A DNA stretch of 64,000 nt from NCBI GenBank assembly GCA_964428185.1, contig CAYRXH010000004.1, positions 5,726-69,725 on the forward strand. The letters run 5' to 3'. Under the pieces are notes generated by a model. That model was not told the origin of the DNA, searched no databases, and worked only from the letters and a program-made list of their open reading frames with translations. Below are positions 63,008-64,000 of the stretch, piece after piece (the first letter of the stretch is position 1; the number at the start of each line of letters is the position of its first letter). Source of the DNA: an uncultured Bacteroidales bacterium (GTDB taxonomy: Bacteria > Bacteroidota > Bacteroidia > Bacteroidales > DTU049). A program made the position numbers and the translations under genes.

Positions 63008-64000
63008 TTAATAAATTTTTTCTTCAGGATTTCTTAGGATTGTAACACTTCCAGTAATGGTTCGCCTTTGTAACCCAGTTAATCGAATTTCATACACTTC
63101 ACAGATAAAGAAATATACACCTTCTGCCACATCGTCTCCATTCTGATAATGTTTTCCGTTCCAGCCAACATTGGGGTCTGTTGTTTCAAAAACTACTTTT
63201 CCCCACCTGTTAAACACCTGTAATTGGATATGATCAACAAAATCATAAGGAAAAGGAATCCAGAAATCATTGAATCCGTCTCCGTTGGGTGTGAATACAT
63301 TTGGCAGATTGTAAAGATTACAGCTGTCAATATCTACACAAACAGTATCTGCAAACTCACTTATATTGCCTGTGGTATCAACAGCTACTATTGTATAACA
63401 TCCTGCAACTGTCTGTCCGATGACATGTTCATAAAAAAGAATATAAGGGTCATTTTCAGTATGAATTAATGAAAATGACCCATCCTGTGTGGGAGAAAAA
63501 TAAATCATGTAATACTCTGTATCACCTGAATAATCACAGTCTGTTATGGGATTGGTCCATGAAAGCTGATTTGAAGGGATATCACAATTTGGTATTACAG
63601 TAAGTTCAGGAGCACAGGGAGGAACCATATCGCTTGGAATTTCACAGTTTTCCTGGGAAAAATTCAGAATGGGATCAATAAAACCCGTAGTGAAGTAGCT
63701 TCCGGTAGATCTTACAAGATAACAGTATTCCGTGCCATTATCCAGACCTGTATCAATAAACTCATTCGTCACTGAGACCCCGATGGAATCGAAGGCTAAC
63801 ACTAAAGGATTATACCTGTAAACTGTGAAACTTATATTGGCCCATGGAACAAGATACTCCCAGGAGAGAATTAGTGCCTGATCAAAGGGCATTATATCAA
63901 GCCAGACTGAAGATGCAGGGACAGTCTCACCGATGAGTTGAGGTGTTGAACTGAGATCCCACAATTCGATGTAATAGGTCCACGGCTGGTCTTTGGTATT
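63008..64000 (-). CDS. T9SS type-B CTD surface protein with FN3-like domains (5-prime end outside window)
   Basis: The frame stays open to position 64000, and the ORF-track start at 63964 is TTG. FN3-like sequence FTVYRYNP...GTEYCYLVRS. C-terminal LPNVFTPNGDGFNDFW...FNRWGKVVFET...GWNGKHYQNG...GVYFF. Confidence 0.8.
   Translation of the reverse strand, partial: NTKDQPWTYYIELWDLSSTPQLIGETVPASSVWLDIMPFDQALILSWEYLVPWANISFTVYRYNPLVLAFDSIGVSVTNEFIDTGLDNGTEYCYLVRSTGSYFTTGFIDPILNFSQENCEIPSDMVPPCAPELTVIPNCDIPSNQLSWTNPITDCDYSGDTEYYMIYFSPTQDGSFSLIHTENDPYILFYEHVIGQTVAGCYTIVAVDTTGNISEFADTVCVDIDSCNLYNLPNVFTPNGDGFNDFWIPFPYDFVDHIQLQVFNRWGKVVFETTDPNVGWNGKHYQNGDDVAEGVYFFICEVYEIRLTGLQRRTITGSVTILRNPEEKIY

Overview
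This is a 64-kb window from an AT-rich genome that looks like Bacteroidota. I infer that from T9SS type-A and type-B C-terminal sorting domains, TAnnTTTG promoter-like motifs upstream of several genes, and a fused str-S10-spc-alpha ribosomal gene block without tuf. Most of the window is core housekeeping. Contents by region: (1) 1-6.6 kb holds an M3 dipeptidase, an uncharacterised P-loop protein, pyrBI and a lone lpd. (2) 6.6-15.6 kb is a polysaccharide locus: AsnB-type amidotransferase, GT4, wza, wzc, rfbC, a WecA-type transferase and a lytic transglycosylase. (3) uvrA. (4) 18.6-27.3 kb carries five same-strand genes for secreted or envelope hydrolases: a 1443-aa gingipain-like C25 protein with PKD, CUB-like and T9SS type-A domains, a beta-barrel, an S41 peptidase, an M23/LysM peptidase and a beta-propeller. 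(5) A 645-bp AT-rich gap contains a decayed T9SS CTD-like fragment. (6) A methionine-gamma-lyase-like gene, pyrG, yidC, rpsO, pnp and rpe. (7) 36.4-54.4 kb is a 33-gene block from rpsL to rplQ, including secY, map, infA, rpoA and rpmJ (missing from the ORF track). (8) eno, a choice-of-anchor-L adhesin with a type-B CTD, pcm, a Gfo/Idh/MocA oxidoreductase, a lipoprotein plus a WbaP-type sugar transferase, ribE, and a second type-B CTD protein truncated by the window edge. I did not recognise any tRNA, rRNA, CRISPR array, transposase, integrase or classic defence-island content. The best candidates for something undescribed are all inferences that need database searches I cannot run. They are the five-gene hydrolase cluster and its unassigned beta-barrel and domains, the P-loop gene apparently coupled to pyrBI through an attenuator-like terminator, the orphan CTD fragment, and an L17 with a long acidic tail. 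Several ORF-track starts use TTG or GTG and overlap upstream genes, so I trimmed them to internal ATGs where noted.
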